From Octopus bimaculoides (Eukaryota): a stretch of 64,000 bases of DNA. The DNA lies in contig NC_068984.1 in assembly GCF_001194135.2 (NCBI RefSeq), positions 69,730,107 to 69,794,106 on the forward strand, written 5' to 3'. The notes under the pieces were generated by a model. The model was not told where the DNA came from and made no database searches. It worked only from the letters and a program-made list of their open reading frames with translations. Each line of letters begins with the position of its first letter. The first letter of the stretch is position 1. Positions 49,601-62,165 of the stretch are shown here, one piece after another. A program made the position numbers and the translations under genes.

Positions 49601-52569
49601 GGGATATTTAACTTTTTTTAAGTAAGTTACAGAGGTTTAAAGTTTGATAATTTTTACCCAGTCAGAAAGCAAGATTTGGAAGCTGTCATTTTGAGTGTGA
49701 CTGTACGTGTTATCGATTGTAAACAAATGAAATACTGGTAGGATTCTGCTTTATGCACAATATATAACCCCTAATAACTTTTTCTGTTTTGGAATTTTTA
49801 GAAAATTTTTGCAGATTTATAATCTACACATGGGAATTCATACAATTGCACAAAAGTGAAAAGAATTTTGGTGCATGATTTAAGACCTATTTAGCTGTTA
49901 ATTTTAGCACATCTCATGATCAACTCATACCTCATATTTTAAGCATTTAATAAGCGAAAATGACCACATGGATTGACAACCAAATCAGAGGGCTAAGCAC
50001 CTTGGTAACAGCTTGGCTTATTACTATGGAAACAGGCACCTATTTGTCTGTGACTTTTGATTGACTAGAACTACCCAAAATTTACAAACTTTAAAAGATA
50101 TTAACTTTTTAATTAATTGGTTAATAGCAAAAAGGAATTTCATGTCAATGATTTCAAAATTTCAAAAATTGAAAAGTGGCAGCCAAACAGAAAAGATCGA
50201 ATCTGATCAATATAGATAACTAAATACCAGCTTACACACCACAAGCTCACTGTATAACACATTAATTTAGAATGCAATCATTTACCCAGAAATATTTATA
50301 ACATTTAGTTTATTTCTTATGGAAACTCCTTGAAATAGATATAGATTTGATTTCAACTTATTAATAGCAGCCTCAAAAGCCATCATCAAATACCCTGCAT
50401 AGTGAAGAACTTGTTGAATCTATATCATGTAAAGGAGAGTTATGAATTGTTATGATTGTATCCAGTGTAGGACTCTTGAATAATTAGAGTGGGATGTGAG
50501 GTAATAGTCATTGTAACAAAAGTAGCTTGGAGTGATAAAAGTAAAGTGACATACATGATAATACTTTTCTGAAATAGTTCATGTTTGATTGAGAATAATC
50601 TTGATTCTTAACAAAGGATTAAGTCTAAATTAAGCAACCCTATCACAATGTGTGTATGTGAGGGGGGGGGGGAGCGAGAGAGAGAGAAAGAGAGTGAGAG
50701 ATACTCACAGACACACACACTGAGAAGCAAAGACATAGACAGAGATTCATTGAAATGTCTTTTACATGCTTGATTAAGGAACTTGGTGCATAGTTCCAAA
50801 TATGGTCAGGTGAATGTTTGTGTAGAGTTTACAATATAGAATAAAACTATATTTCTAATAACTTATTAAGAAATGTATCAGTGGAAAGAAAAGACAGTGA
50901 TTTAGTATGAGTGAATGAATCTTTTCAGGCTCAGAAGTACTTAGCCACCCTTTTATACAGCTGCTGTTTGTCTGTGAGAGAATCATTGTAAAGATGAATA
51001 ACAAGTTTATGCACTTGTGATGACCTCACTGAGAAATATGATGTCTATAACAGTTTAGGTTGCTTGGCTAGGGTCAGGGATGAAATACATTTGTTGCCTT
51101 GGATAATTAGCAGAGAATTGGTTGAAGTCAAGTCAATTAGTCATTTGAAGAGAATAATGAATGTAAATAGTATGTATTGTGATGGTTGTAGTAGAAGTTG
51201 TCAAATGAGCTATTCTCATATAACTGTAACAGAAAGTTTAATGAAGAATTCATGTTTGGAAGTAATAATTAGGTGAGCAGTAATACAGAAGTCAACAAGA
51301 GTGTCAGTGATATGATGGAAGGGATTAATTGTTGTAAGTTCCTGATAATAAAGAAATGTCAACCCACTTTGATCAGTTGAAATTTACTACGATAGATAAC
51401 CTGCTTTCGAAGATATAAAGGTAAATAGTAATGATCATGATGATATAATACAGCAGTTGAAGATAAACTACATATTCTATTGTTCACAATATGAACAACT
51501 TGTTTGAATAGAATAAATTTTATTTGGTTTCTTTCAGGAAGATTTACTAACTTGAATTGTAAATTTCATGCATGGTTTAACGAAAGGTTACTTGAGAGAC
51601 TTAAGAGAAATTTATACACTAATATATGACAGCTTGAGTTAAGATTGGTTCCTACAACTAAAGTAAACAGAATCCATAAATCTGTAACATAACCTCAACA
51701 AACCTGGGAAAAACAAATTAGCAGCAAAAGTGATTGCTCGTTAATTTTACAAGGATTTAGGCTGATTGAATTTAATTACCTTTTCTTAGCAATAAAACTC
51801 CTGGAATACTGTATAAAAAAATGATAGATTTTCTTCCTTTGGGGAAGAATTAACTAATTGGCTTGACTTCAGCCAATTCTCTGCCAATTATCCAAGACAA
51901 CAAATTATTTCTGCATGCATTTAAGCAGCCTTTGGCAATATACTTTCATCAGTTTCATACTTGCAGCATTCTTATTGGAAAATTGGAGATTTTTTTTTAT
52001 GAACTAAGGTGCCATCAGATCTATCTGCCATATTTTTTTCCTTTCTACAAGTGTTTTTGTTAAAATTTTCCAAGTTGAGATTATAAAGGATGATTGGATG
52101 TATCACTAGAATGCTATTTTTAGAAATTTTGGATACAATATGTGATAAAAAAAGATGAGTTCTTATTTTAGAAAGAATACATTAAAATACATAAACATTG
52201 AGATCATTTTCTAATTATCTCTTGCATCTATTCAAATTTGATGGAAATAGAGAATAAGTAAAATGAATTGATAAAAATGAAGCTTATGAAAATCTTTTTA
52301 TGGGGATCAGTGAAACCAGAGAAAATGAGTTCATACTAGAGTAATATATTTTTTAAATATTTACTTTGCTAATTTTATCATATTAATCTTAAAATTTTTA
52401 TTTCTATATTGCACACTACATTAATCTCATTATCTGATAGAAAAGTAAAATAAAAAGGAAAGTAAAGTATGAAATCTACTAGTTAGTGTTAGACTGATCT
52501 CTGATCTCCTGATCTTTTAATCAACTCTTGTGCTTAAATATAGAATTTTGATTTATCTTTTATGTTTTA

Positions 52570-52930
52570 CTTGTTGAAGTCATTAGATTGGGGCACAATC
52601 TTGAAGAACATTTAGTCAACTGACTCGATGCCAGTACTTTTTTTCAGTGTGGCACTTATTATATTGATCACTTTGCCAAACCACTAAGTTATGGGGATGT
52701 AAACATACCAGTACAGACTACCAAGCAGTAGTAGGAGTCAAACACAAAACACAGTCACAAAAATACACACATACACGATGAGCTTCTTTTCAGCTTTTGT
52801 CAACCAGATCTAGTCACAAAGCTTTGATCAGTCCAAGGTTATAGTAGAAAACACTTGCTCAAAGTGCCAGACAGTGGGACTGAACTCAGAACCATGTGGT
52901 TTGGAAGTGAGCTTCTTACCACACAGCCAC
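52570..52930 (-). mobile_element. SINE family A, degenerate
   Basis: aacacttgctcaaagtgccagacagtgggactgaactcagaaccatgtgg..cttaccacacagccac. Confidence 0.8.
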
Positions 52931-53117
52931 ACCTGAACCTAATGTTTAAACATTTTTTAAAAACATAAATATTCAACATTTTCATGAAGTTAAGTGTAGA
53001 AGACAAAATTGCGTATAGATTTTGACTGGTTTTGAAAATGATATGCCATCATCACTTATCACAATATTAAATGCTACATTTAAAGTTAGCCTCATAAAAT
53101 ATATTTTGTTTTTATAA

Positions 53118-53500
53118 TAGGTGCAGGAGTGTCTGTGTGGTAAGAAGCTTGCTTCCCAACCACATGGTACCAGGTTCTTTGTCACTGTGTGGCACCTTGG
53201 GCAAGTGGCTTGTGAGTGGATTAGGTAGACAGAAACTGAAAGAAGACTGTTGTATGTGTGTGCGTTTGTGTGCGTGTTTATTTGTGTGTCTGTGTTTGTC
53301 TCCTCACCTCCATCACTTGACACCGATGCTGGTGTGTTTATGTCTCCGTAACTTAGTGGTTAGGCAAAATAGACCAACAGAATAAGCACTAGGCTTACAA
53401 AGAATAAGTCCTGGAGTCAATTTGTTCAACAAAAGGCAGTGCTCCAGCATGGCTGCAGTCAAGTGACTGCAACAGGTAGAAGGGCAAAAAAATAAAAGAA
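53118..53500 (+). mobile_element. SINE family A
   Basis: aggtgcaggagtgtctgtgtggtaagaagcttgcttcccaaccacatgg..gcaccttgggcaagtg..ccagcatggctgcagtcaagtgactg. Confidence 0.85.
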
Positions 53501-53758
53501 TAATAAAACAGCATGTACAAATATCTAATATTACCACATTTTTTTAGTTCTGATTTTGTTGCTGAAATGTTGGGAATTTGCTTCATAAAGCATACCAAAG
53601 TTGACTCTAGGCATTTTTTGAGAAATAAGCATGTCTATAATTCAGTTATAAAAGAATTAAGTTATCACTGGCTGAGGAATCATATGGTAAAGGCACTAAT
53701 GAAGAAGTTATTGACATGCATAGTATCTAATGCAAATCTGCAGAGTGGAACCCCTCTC

Positions 53759-53832
<74 letters not shown>

Positions 53833-53843
53833 CNNNNNNNNNN

Positions 53844-53880
<37 letters not shown>

Positions 53881-54244
53881 ATTTGCTTTCGCTTAGGTCA
53901 TCCAGAGGAGTTGCTTATGCTTTTTACCACTATTGGGGCAAAAAGGGACCCCACAGTGCTACCTGCTTTTGAGTAAATAAGGGACACTCTTTGTGTCAAC
54001 AAGGGAATCCTTAGGGAATTGTTCAGCTTGCTACATCTCTTAGCTTCAGATCCCAACATACTGCCTTGAGTAAAAGTAAAGGAAGGATACATTAGATGTA
54101 GTTCTGCACGCCCTGATAAGACAGGATGGCCATAATTGGATTGTATTTAACTTATATCTGTTCTGGAAGGTTGACCTAGGACAAATAACTACAACAGCAG
54201 CAGCAGCAGTAATAATTTACTTTCAATTTGGTGTATTTGACTAT

Positions 54245-54421
54245 TCACATGTTAAGGTTATCTCTACAGATATATTACAGAAATTATAGCCAGCACTAAT
54301 ATTTGTTACAACATTTCGTATCCAAGACATCAGATGTAAGCAAACAGTAAAATGTTGCAACAAAAATCAGTGTTGGCAATAATTTCTATAGAAATCCTGT
54401 AGAAATAACCTGAACATGTGA
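54245..54421. repeat. Imperfect inverted repeat, ~72-bp arms and 33-nt loop
   Basis: 54245-54316 pairs with 54350-54421 (tcacatgttaaggttatctctacag..cagaaattatagccagcactaatatttgttacaacattt versus its reverse-complement partner). Confidence 0.8.
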
Positions 54422-55246
54422 TGTAATAGCACTGCTAATACAGTAGAACATAGTATTCACATATAAATGCCAGGTTTCAAAAGAAAATAAATGCTGGGGG
54501 CAGTTCATTGGACTAAGACATTTCAAGGTGGTACCCCAGCATGACTGTTGCCCAATGACTTAAACAAGCAATAGCAAAAAAGGAACCAGTCTAGTCAATC
54601 TCTATATCAAATAAATTCCACAAGTATTTTATTGTTTTTATATTAATTTGTATTTATTTAATAAATTGATTTAATGGATACCAAGACTGAGGAATAACTA
54701 GATTCTTGACAGGATATTCACTACAGATTTTTCTGTTATGCGCCTCAGACAGTTATTCTGTGTAATATGCAAGGTGTACAAGAATTTATTCATAATCTGC
54801 AGAATTAAGTGTCTTTTGCAGAGACCAATGATTGTGACTGAACTATTAATCATTTGGCTAACAGGCTAATATCCCAAAGACTCAGACAACAGAGACTATT
54901 TCATTTTATTTATAATTAACATTTCATTTCTCTTTTATACGCTATAAAAAGATTTAAAGCTAAATCAATAACTGTATTTTGTTATAAACCAGGTGAGATA
55001 TTCTTTCTATGTACACTCGAGGGGAAAATATTCTTTTAGAAAAACTTGAAATTGTTCAAATTAAATTATTAATGAATAAGTTCTTTGCAATGTTATATTT
55101 ACTGACCCAATCATACATACACATGTGTGTACACACACACACACGAGAGAAAGAGAGAGAGAGAAAGAGGGAGAGACAGACAGACAGACTGACAGAAATT
55201 GATATGTATTTATAGATATATGTGTGCATGTATGTATGTAGGTATG

Positions 55247-55305
<59 letters not shown>

Positions 55306-56001
55306 NNNNNNNNNNNNNNNNNNNNNNNNNNNNNNNNNNNNNNNNNNNNNNNNNNNNNNNNNNNNNNNNNNNNNNNNNNNNNNNNNNNNNNNNNNNNNNN
55401 NNNNNNNNNNNNNNNNNNNNNNNNNNNNNNNNNNNNNNNNNNNNNNNNNNNNNNNNNNNNNNNNNNNNNNNNNNNNNNNNNNNNNNNNNNNNNNNNNNNN
55501 NNNNNNNNNNNNNNNNNNNNNNNNNNNNNNNNNNNNNNNNNNNNNNNNNNNNNNNNNNNNNNNNNNNNNNNNNNNNNNNNNNNNNNNNNNNNNNNNNNNN
55601 NNNNNNNNNNNNNNNNNNNNNNNNNNNNNNNNNNNNNNNNNNNNNNNNNNNNNNNNNNNNNNNNNNNNNNNNNNNNNNNNNNNNNNNNNNNNNNNNNNNN
55701 NNNNNNNNNNNNNNNNNNNNNNNNNNNNNNNNNNNNNNNNNNNNNNNNNNNNNNNNNNNNNNNNNNNNNNNNNNNNNNNNNNNNNNNNNNNNNNNNNNNN
55801 NNNNNNNNNNNNNNNNNNNNNNNNNNNNNNNNNNNNNNNNNNNNNNNNNNNNNNNNNNNNNNNNNNNNNNNNNNNNNNNNNNNNNNNNNNNNNNNNNNNN
55901 NNNNNNNNNNNCACTAAGTTACAGGGACGTAAACGCATCAACATCGGTTGTCAAGCGATGTTGGAGGGGGGGGGGGCAAACACAGACACAAACATTTACA
56001 C

Positions 56002-56056
<55 letters not shown>

Positions 56057-56059
<3 letters not shown>

Positions 56060-56700
56060 TTACTCTTAAATGGGCCAGTTATGCTGCACTGGCATAGGCC
56101 ATGGTTAGGGTCTCACTTGGCTTGCCGGGTCTTCTCAAGCACAGTATATCTCCAAAGGTCTTGATCACTAGTCATTGTCTCCATGAGACCCAGTATTCAA
56201 AGGTCATGTTTCACCACCTCATCCCAGGTCTTCCTGGGTCTACCTCTTCCACAGTTTCCCTCTACTGCTAGGGTTTGACACTTTTTCATACAGATGTCCT
56301 CATCCATACGCAACACTTGAGCATACCAGCACAGTTGTCTCTCTTGTACACCATACTTGATGCTTCTTATGTCCAGCTTTTCTCTCAGGGTGCTTACACT
56401 CTGTCATGTATGCATACTGACATTACACATCCAGCAGAGCATACTAGGTTCATACCTTGCAAGCTTAAAGAGTACCCTTTCAGTCATTGGGGAATAAACT
56501 GTGCTTGTGAATACCCGAGTCAAGTCATTGTTGTGGCCAATGACAGTACTGCCTGATTGGCACACATGCTTGTGAAACATAGAAAGCACAATTTGGGCAT
56601 GGTCGATGCCAGTGCCACCTTCATGGTCCCATGCTGGTGGCACACAAAAAAGCACCATTCGAGCATGATCATTGCCAGTGCCACCTAACTGGCCATATGG
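56057..56700. mobile_element. RTE 3' fragment with an internal inversion
   Basis: 56057-56464 is the ORF end on the minus strand (EPSMLCWMCNVSMHT..). 56465-56700 is the immediately following 3' UTR on the plus strand, by comparison with the colinear copy at 29700-30260. Confidence 0.7.
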
Positions 56701-56723
56701 CTGAAGCAAGTAAAAGAATAAAA

Positions 56724-56762
<39 letters not shown>

Positions 56763-57104
56763 TATATAAATAGATAGATAGATAGATAGATAGATTTCTG
56801 TATGCATANNNNNNNNNNNNNNNNNNNNNNNNNNNNNNNNNNNNNNNNNNNNNNNNNNNNNNNNNNNNNNNNNNNNNNNNNNNNNNNNNNNNNNNNNNNN
56901 NNNNNNNNNNNNNNNNNNNNNNNNNNNNNNNNNNNNNNNNNNNNNNNNNNNNNNNNNNNNNNNNNNNNNNNNNNNNNNNNNNNNNNNNNNNNNNNNNNNN
57001 NNNNNNNNNNNNNNNNNNNNNNNNNNNNNNNNNNNNNNNNNNNNNTTTGTTTGGTGTGGAAATGATTCTTCCAGCTCACTGCCTTCCATTTGTGCATACA
57101 AATT

Positions 57105-57320
57105 CTTTTCTTCTCTAGGCAAAAGGCCTGAAATTTTGGGGGAGGGAGGCCAGTCGATTAGATCGATTCCAGTATGCAACTGGTACTTCATTTATCAACC
57201 CTTAAAGGATGAAAGGCAAAGTCGACCTCGGCAGAATTTGAACTCAGAACATAAAGACAGACAAAATACTGCTAAGCATTTCTCCCGGTGTACTAATGTC
57301 TGCCAGCTCACCACCTTGTT
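57105..57320 (-). mobile_element. SINE family B
   Basis: aaaggatgaaaggcaaagtcgacctcggcagaatttgaactcagaac..ctgccagctcacc. Confidence 0.85.
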
Positions 57321-57342
57321 TGTGCATACATATTGAGAGCTT

Positions 57343-57420
57343 GTCAGTGCAGTGCTGTATGTCAGTGCAGTGCTGTATGTCAGTGCAGTGCTGTATGTCA
57401 GTGCAGTGCTGCATGTCAGT
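57343..57420. repeat. 18-bp tandem repeat (gtcagtgcagtgctgtat), about 4 copies
   Basis: Directly visible; it explains the STALTY/HCTDIQ ORF repeats. Confidence 0.9.
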
Positions 57421-57517
57421 TTTGGTGGCAGCATTATGAGCATGGTCATCAGCAAAAAGGAAGACATTGATAGTGTCTGTCATCACCTTGATTTTGCTTG
57501 AAGCCTTATGAGGCTAA

Positions 57518-57747
57518 CCTTTAAGCATTTGAACTGGCCAGATCCAGCCAGAGCCTATGAAAATATTCTACTTGTTTTATTGTTTAAACCAGCCAGATCT
57601 GAACTCTCACACCTATCCTACCATGTCCTCCTAAAAATAAACAGTCACATCATCAAAATCTCAAATCTATGAGATAATGCTTGATTAATTCAAAACAATG
57701 TAATTAATAAGCATTACATTCAACAGAATAATCTGAATGCTAAATGG
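57518..57747. mobile_element. piggyBac-like MITE, 230 bp
   Basis: Ends cctttaagcatt / aatgctaaatgg, flanked by ctaa and ttaa (TTAA target with one substitution). Confidence 0.55.
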
Positions 57748-57769
57748 TTAAAGAAATTATTATAATATG

Positions 57770-58145
57770 GTGAACTCCAACAAAGCAAATGTTTCCAGGG
57801 AAACCAGAAAGAGCGTTTCAAAGACACTTTAAAAACTTCTCTAAAGGCCTTCAGTGTCAGCCATGTCACATAAAGGCAGATAGCTTAGGACAGAGGCAAG
57901 AGGCAATCAGTTATCTGCAATGATATGCAGACCTGCAAAGCCAACAAGCTGCTGCAGCTGATGAAAACATGCCAGCCAGGTGAACCTGCAGCATCAAATC
58001 TCCTAATACCACTATTATTCCTTACCTACACTGCTAGAGAACATTCTAGACATGGATTGGTTTGATGAGTTACCAATGCACCTACAAACTCAATCCAAAC
58101 CCCAACTGCAGGATGACTAGAAGGTCTTTGCCATTCTGATGATGA
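57770..58145 (+). mobile_element. RTE-BovB-like ORF 3' relic
   Basis: GELQQSKCFQGNQKERFKDTLKTSLKAF..IA*DR resembles the GEL..GKR..GGQKKR.KDTLK.SLK motif. The downstream sequence resembles the terminal C2H2-like segment (..RTF..WIGLMS). Confidence 0.6.
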
Positions 58146-59148
58146 AAGTACATGTGACATTACTCCACTCCACTATTTTTCTCTCTGGGTATTTTATTAT
58201 TGTTGAACAAAGAGAGTAAATTTTGTGTACAAAATAGCCACTTTATTATTTAAATATGATATAAATGACATTGATACTGCTTATTTTATTATCCACTGAA
58301 TGATGAATGGAAAGTAAATAGTTGCACTTTCTCAACATAAAAACGGGTCTCCCTCTCCTTCGAAATTAAGTGTTTAGCTGTTGGATGGACACCCATCAGT
58401 AATAAGCCATGCTCTAAGAAATATATCAACCTGCTCATAGGGAAATATTGAAAAGTTTGGTAAGGATAATGGATATCATAAGATTTGAACACAGAACATA
58501 GTGAGTTAAGACTAAAGACTATAAAGTACATAGTTTAGAGTTTTATGGTGTCAGTCATCTTTGAATTTGTTCAGAGCTTCCTTGGTAAGGACTTTACTTT
58601 TTTTTATTTTATTTCCCTCTTTTGACACCTAAAGAAGATTCCTCTTCATCTTGAGAACTATCGAATTAGATGTAATCAGAAATAAATTGTTATTTTTATC
58701 AAACTACTCAATTAAGAAAAGTTTGAAAGGGATTATGTTATGTTTAAATTCCATGAGCCATTCTTATATGACAAGTAAAAATAAGGATTAATATAGGACT
58801 GAAGTTGTCTAATCTCAGGGTTGCAGGTTTAGAGATTATTTCAGACGCATAAGAAATGAGTAGTTTCCTCCATGTTAAGCTCAATTTTGTTTTTGAGTTT
58901 TTCCTGACCGATTTTTTTTTTTTTTTTTGGTTTGTAAATAATATAGCAAAGCACAAAGCTTCATATTGCCTTCACATTTTTTGAAATACAGAACAAAAAA
59001 AGAAAATTAAAATAATAATAATAATAATTTTTGAGCATAAAATTTGATATTACTTGATATTAAAAGTATTCAGACTTTTAGAATATATTATACAATAGCT
59101 TAAAGATGAAATTCAGTAAAAGTTTATATTAGATAGATAGATAGAAAA

Positions 59149-59181
<33 letters not shown>

Positions 59182-61769
59182 GAGATAGATAGACAGTTAG
59201 ATATAATACATATATATGCTAACATATTTGGTGTAAACTTAGAATAATGTTATATGAAATGAAGTGGAAAGTAATTATATATTTAGGATGTGTATGTGAG
59301 AGAGAAAGTGACAGAGAGATTGTTTTGTATTATTTGAAAGTAAATTATCCTGTGGTCTGACAATTTTCTACTTTCAATATAATTCTAATCTTCAGTCATA
59401 TTTTGTCTAGTTTTTGAGATTAACTTATATATGGTTGTATTATATTTTCTCAACATTTGGTCTGCATAAATAAAAATAATAATAAAATCAAAAGATTCCA
59501 CTTTCCTTTTTACAATAAGTAAAAAATTCAAGCATGAATGATTCTCAAAAACAAATATTTTTTTCCTTTCTGTGTCTTGCTAAAAAAAAAAAAAAGATAG
59601 AAAAAAGAAAAACAGATATAGTAAAATATTTTCACTTCCTAAAAAATATTGATTATTATTGTTGTTGTCATTGTTGGTGGTGGTGTTGCTGTTGTTGTTA
59701 TTATTATTGCTGTTATTTGAAAGTATCATTTGTTATGCAATAAATATTTTGTGATTGTCAATTAAGGCAGTGCAACAGGCTGGTCAAAGCCCACTCATTG
59801 AAACCAATAAAATAGTATGAGTTTATTTAAGAAAAATCCAGAATGTGAAGTGTGTGTTCTTATGAATTACATAAGGCCAGAAGAAAACCTAGTTTCAGTT
59901 CTTTCCGGTAATATTTTTAAAGAACTTGTAATTTATAACATTTGACTCAGTTGTCGCTTGTGACTTGAATGCATTTCATATTTATTGAGTGATGTCTCAT
60001 TCATAAGGTAAAATAATGTCATTTCTGTTTTTATTCATTAGCAATAGAGACGAAACTTCTACAGCTGCAGAGAAGACAACCTATCTGACTATTACTAGGC
60101 AAGTTTGGAAGCTGAGTTCACAAATACAATTTCTAGAGTGATGCCTCACAATAAAATATCATTGCAGTTTTACATTTTGGGATATGTGATAGGCCTAACA
60201 TGATGTCCATTTTATTAGCACCATCTAGCCTTTGGACACCTTCAGGAGAGTTCACTGGACCAGGTCCTTGGTTTTAGAATAAGGCAATCTTCTGATACTG
60301 ATTTAGAAAGCAGTGTTTGTCAGTGGGTACAGGTAAAAAAGGTTACCTTAGGAAAAATTGTCATCACACAACATAGAAATCTGACTCCAAGGTTGCCCAT
60401 TGATAGATCAAGTTGAGGAGGCTGATCTGTTTTTCTTTCTTTCCCAGTTCATTACTGATGCCACATAAAACAGGATTTTCCATTGGACTGTTTATTAGGA
60501 TCAAAATAGTGGCTAATGTAACTCTTAAGTAGATGCTTTTGGTTTTTCTCTTTCTAAAAGCCGCAACAAACAAAAATTTTATGAAGTAAGAATCTTTATA
60601 AATCTACTGAGATATCCAAAGATTTTATTTCAAACTGCACTACACCAACTATCTGAAGCTATCAAAGAAAGTATACATTTGATTCTTATACATATATCTC
60701 TAATTTCTTTTTCTAACCTAGCATTGCATTCAGGTCGCACTCTTTTCTCCAACTTGTTTAATACCCAAATCAACTCTAACCAAGCAGATCTGTCAGGAAA
60801 AACCTCCAAACCATGACTAATTCATCTTTATATGCACAAGGGACTATGTTGCCAGACATATTTTCATTTATATTTAAAACAATTTGAAGAAAGTTAGGTT
60901 GCTATTTTCAACAAATCAAGTAACTAAGTCAAAGTTTGCTGTTTAGCTCAGTTCTTAAGGATGATACTTATGCTGGCATAGAATTCGTAATTTATTTCTC
61001 CACCTAAACTTCAGTAATTGTAAATTCCAGCTAACCTGACTCTAAATCTTTCTTCCTTTCTAATCCTTTTAAGTTCATTTGAAGTTTCTACTGCTCACAT
61101 CAAAGACACCTGTCTCACTTCATCTCTTTGAGGTCATTAGACTTCAAGATCCACATATACTCTGGACTCTTGCATTCCTCCCACGCTGGTACTACTGTTG
61201 TAGAGGTTGAATCATTTGCTATTTTTGAAGTGTCTGCACCTGTTATTAATCTTCACCTGCTCATATCATTAACAGACATCCCTATATATCAAATACTCTT
61301 GATCTCTTCTTCGCCTTAAAAACACCTCATTCTTCATTTAGCTACATTTCTGTATCCTTAAAATGCACAAGCATTACCTAATACAAGTTACACACCTCAA
61401 TACCTTATAGCACACAAACAATCCTACCCCAAAACTTCAGTGAACTTATTGGTTAGAACATCACTAGTTCTGTATCAACTACTCTTAGATGCAAACATGT
61501 TTTCACCTGAACATATCTGAGATAGTGAAGATAGTGATTGAAACTATTATCCTACATGTGTGTTTATCCCACATACTTTATATCCCTTGTATCACAAAGG
61601 CTGTTGAAGCCAAAATCCAAGGATGTTTAATGTAGCAGTGCAATGAACATTGTGTTAAAACACCCTGAGAAAACTCTCTCATCACTGCTACCATCTGGGA
61701 ATATTTTATTTATCATGACAATGCCAATAAAACTACAATCATCATCAGCATTATAATCTTTTTTACATC

Positions 61770-62165
61770 TGGTAAAAAAAGAACCTTTGTGAGAAAGGAT
61801 CTTTGGATGTTGAGCCTCACTGAGGAAGTGACAAGGGGCTAGGGGATGTGCTGATTTTGTGCTTGATAAGACATGTCAAACTAAGTAAAAATCACTGTCT
61901 TCCACACATACAGGCTTGTCCTTTCAGGTGCTGGTGCCACTTAAAAAGTATCAGTGCCAGTGCTGCATAGACTCACCCATGCTGGTGGCACATAAAAAGC
62001 AACCAGCACACTCTGTTAAGTGGTTGGTATTAGGAAGGGCATCCATCCATAGAAACCATACCTCAACTGGAGTCTGGATATCTTCTTACGAGCCAAGTAT
62101 ATGTCAAACCTTGCAGTCCATGCCAGCATGGGAAGCAGACTTTCAACAATGATGATGATGACGAG
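61770..62165 (+). mobile_element. RTE 3' end relic with (GAT)n tail
   Basis: gagcctcactgaggaagtgacaagggg..ggaagggcatcca..ccatgccagcatgggaagcagac..gatgatgatg. Confidence 0.75.

Noticed and set aside
49440-50210. Possible old DNA-transposon body
   Set aside because: I could not find TIRs, a TSD, a coding relic or a second copy in the window.
51015-51090. C/D snoRNA-like start (GTGATGA..CTGA)
   Set aside because: No terminal D box or closing stem at the expected distance.
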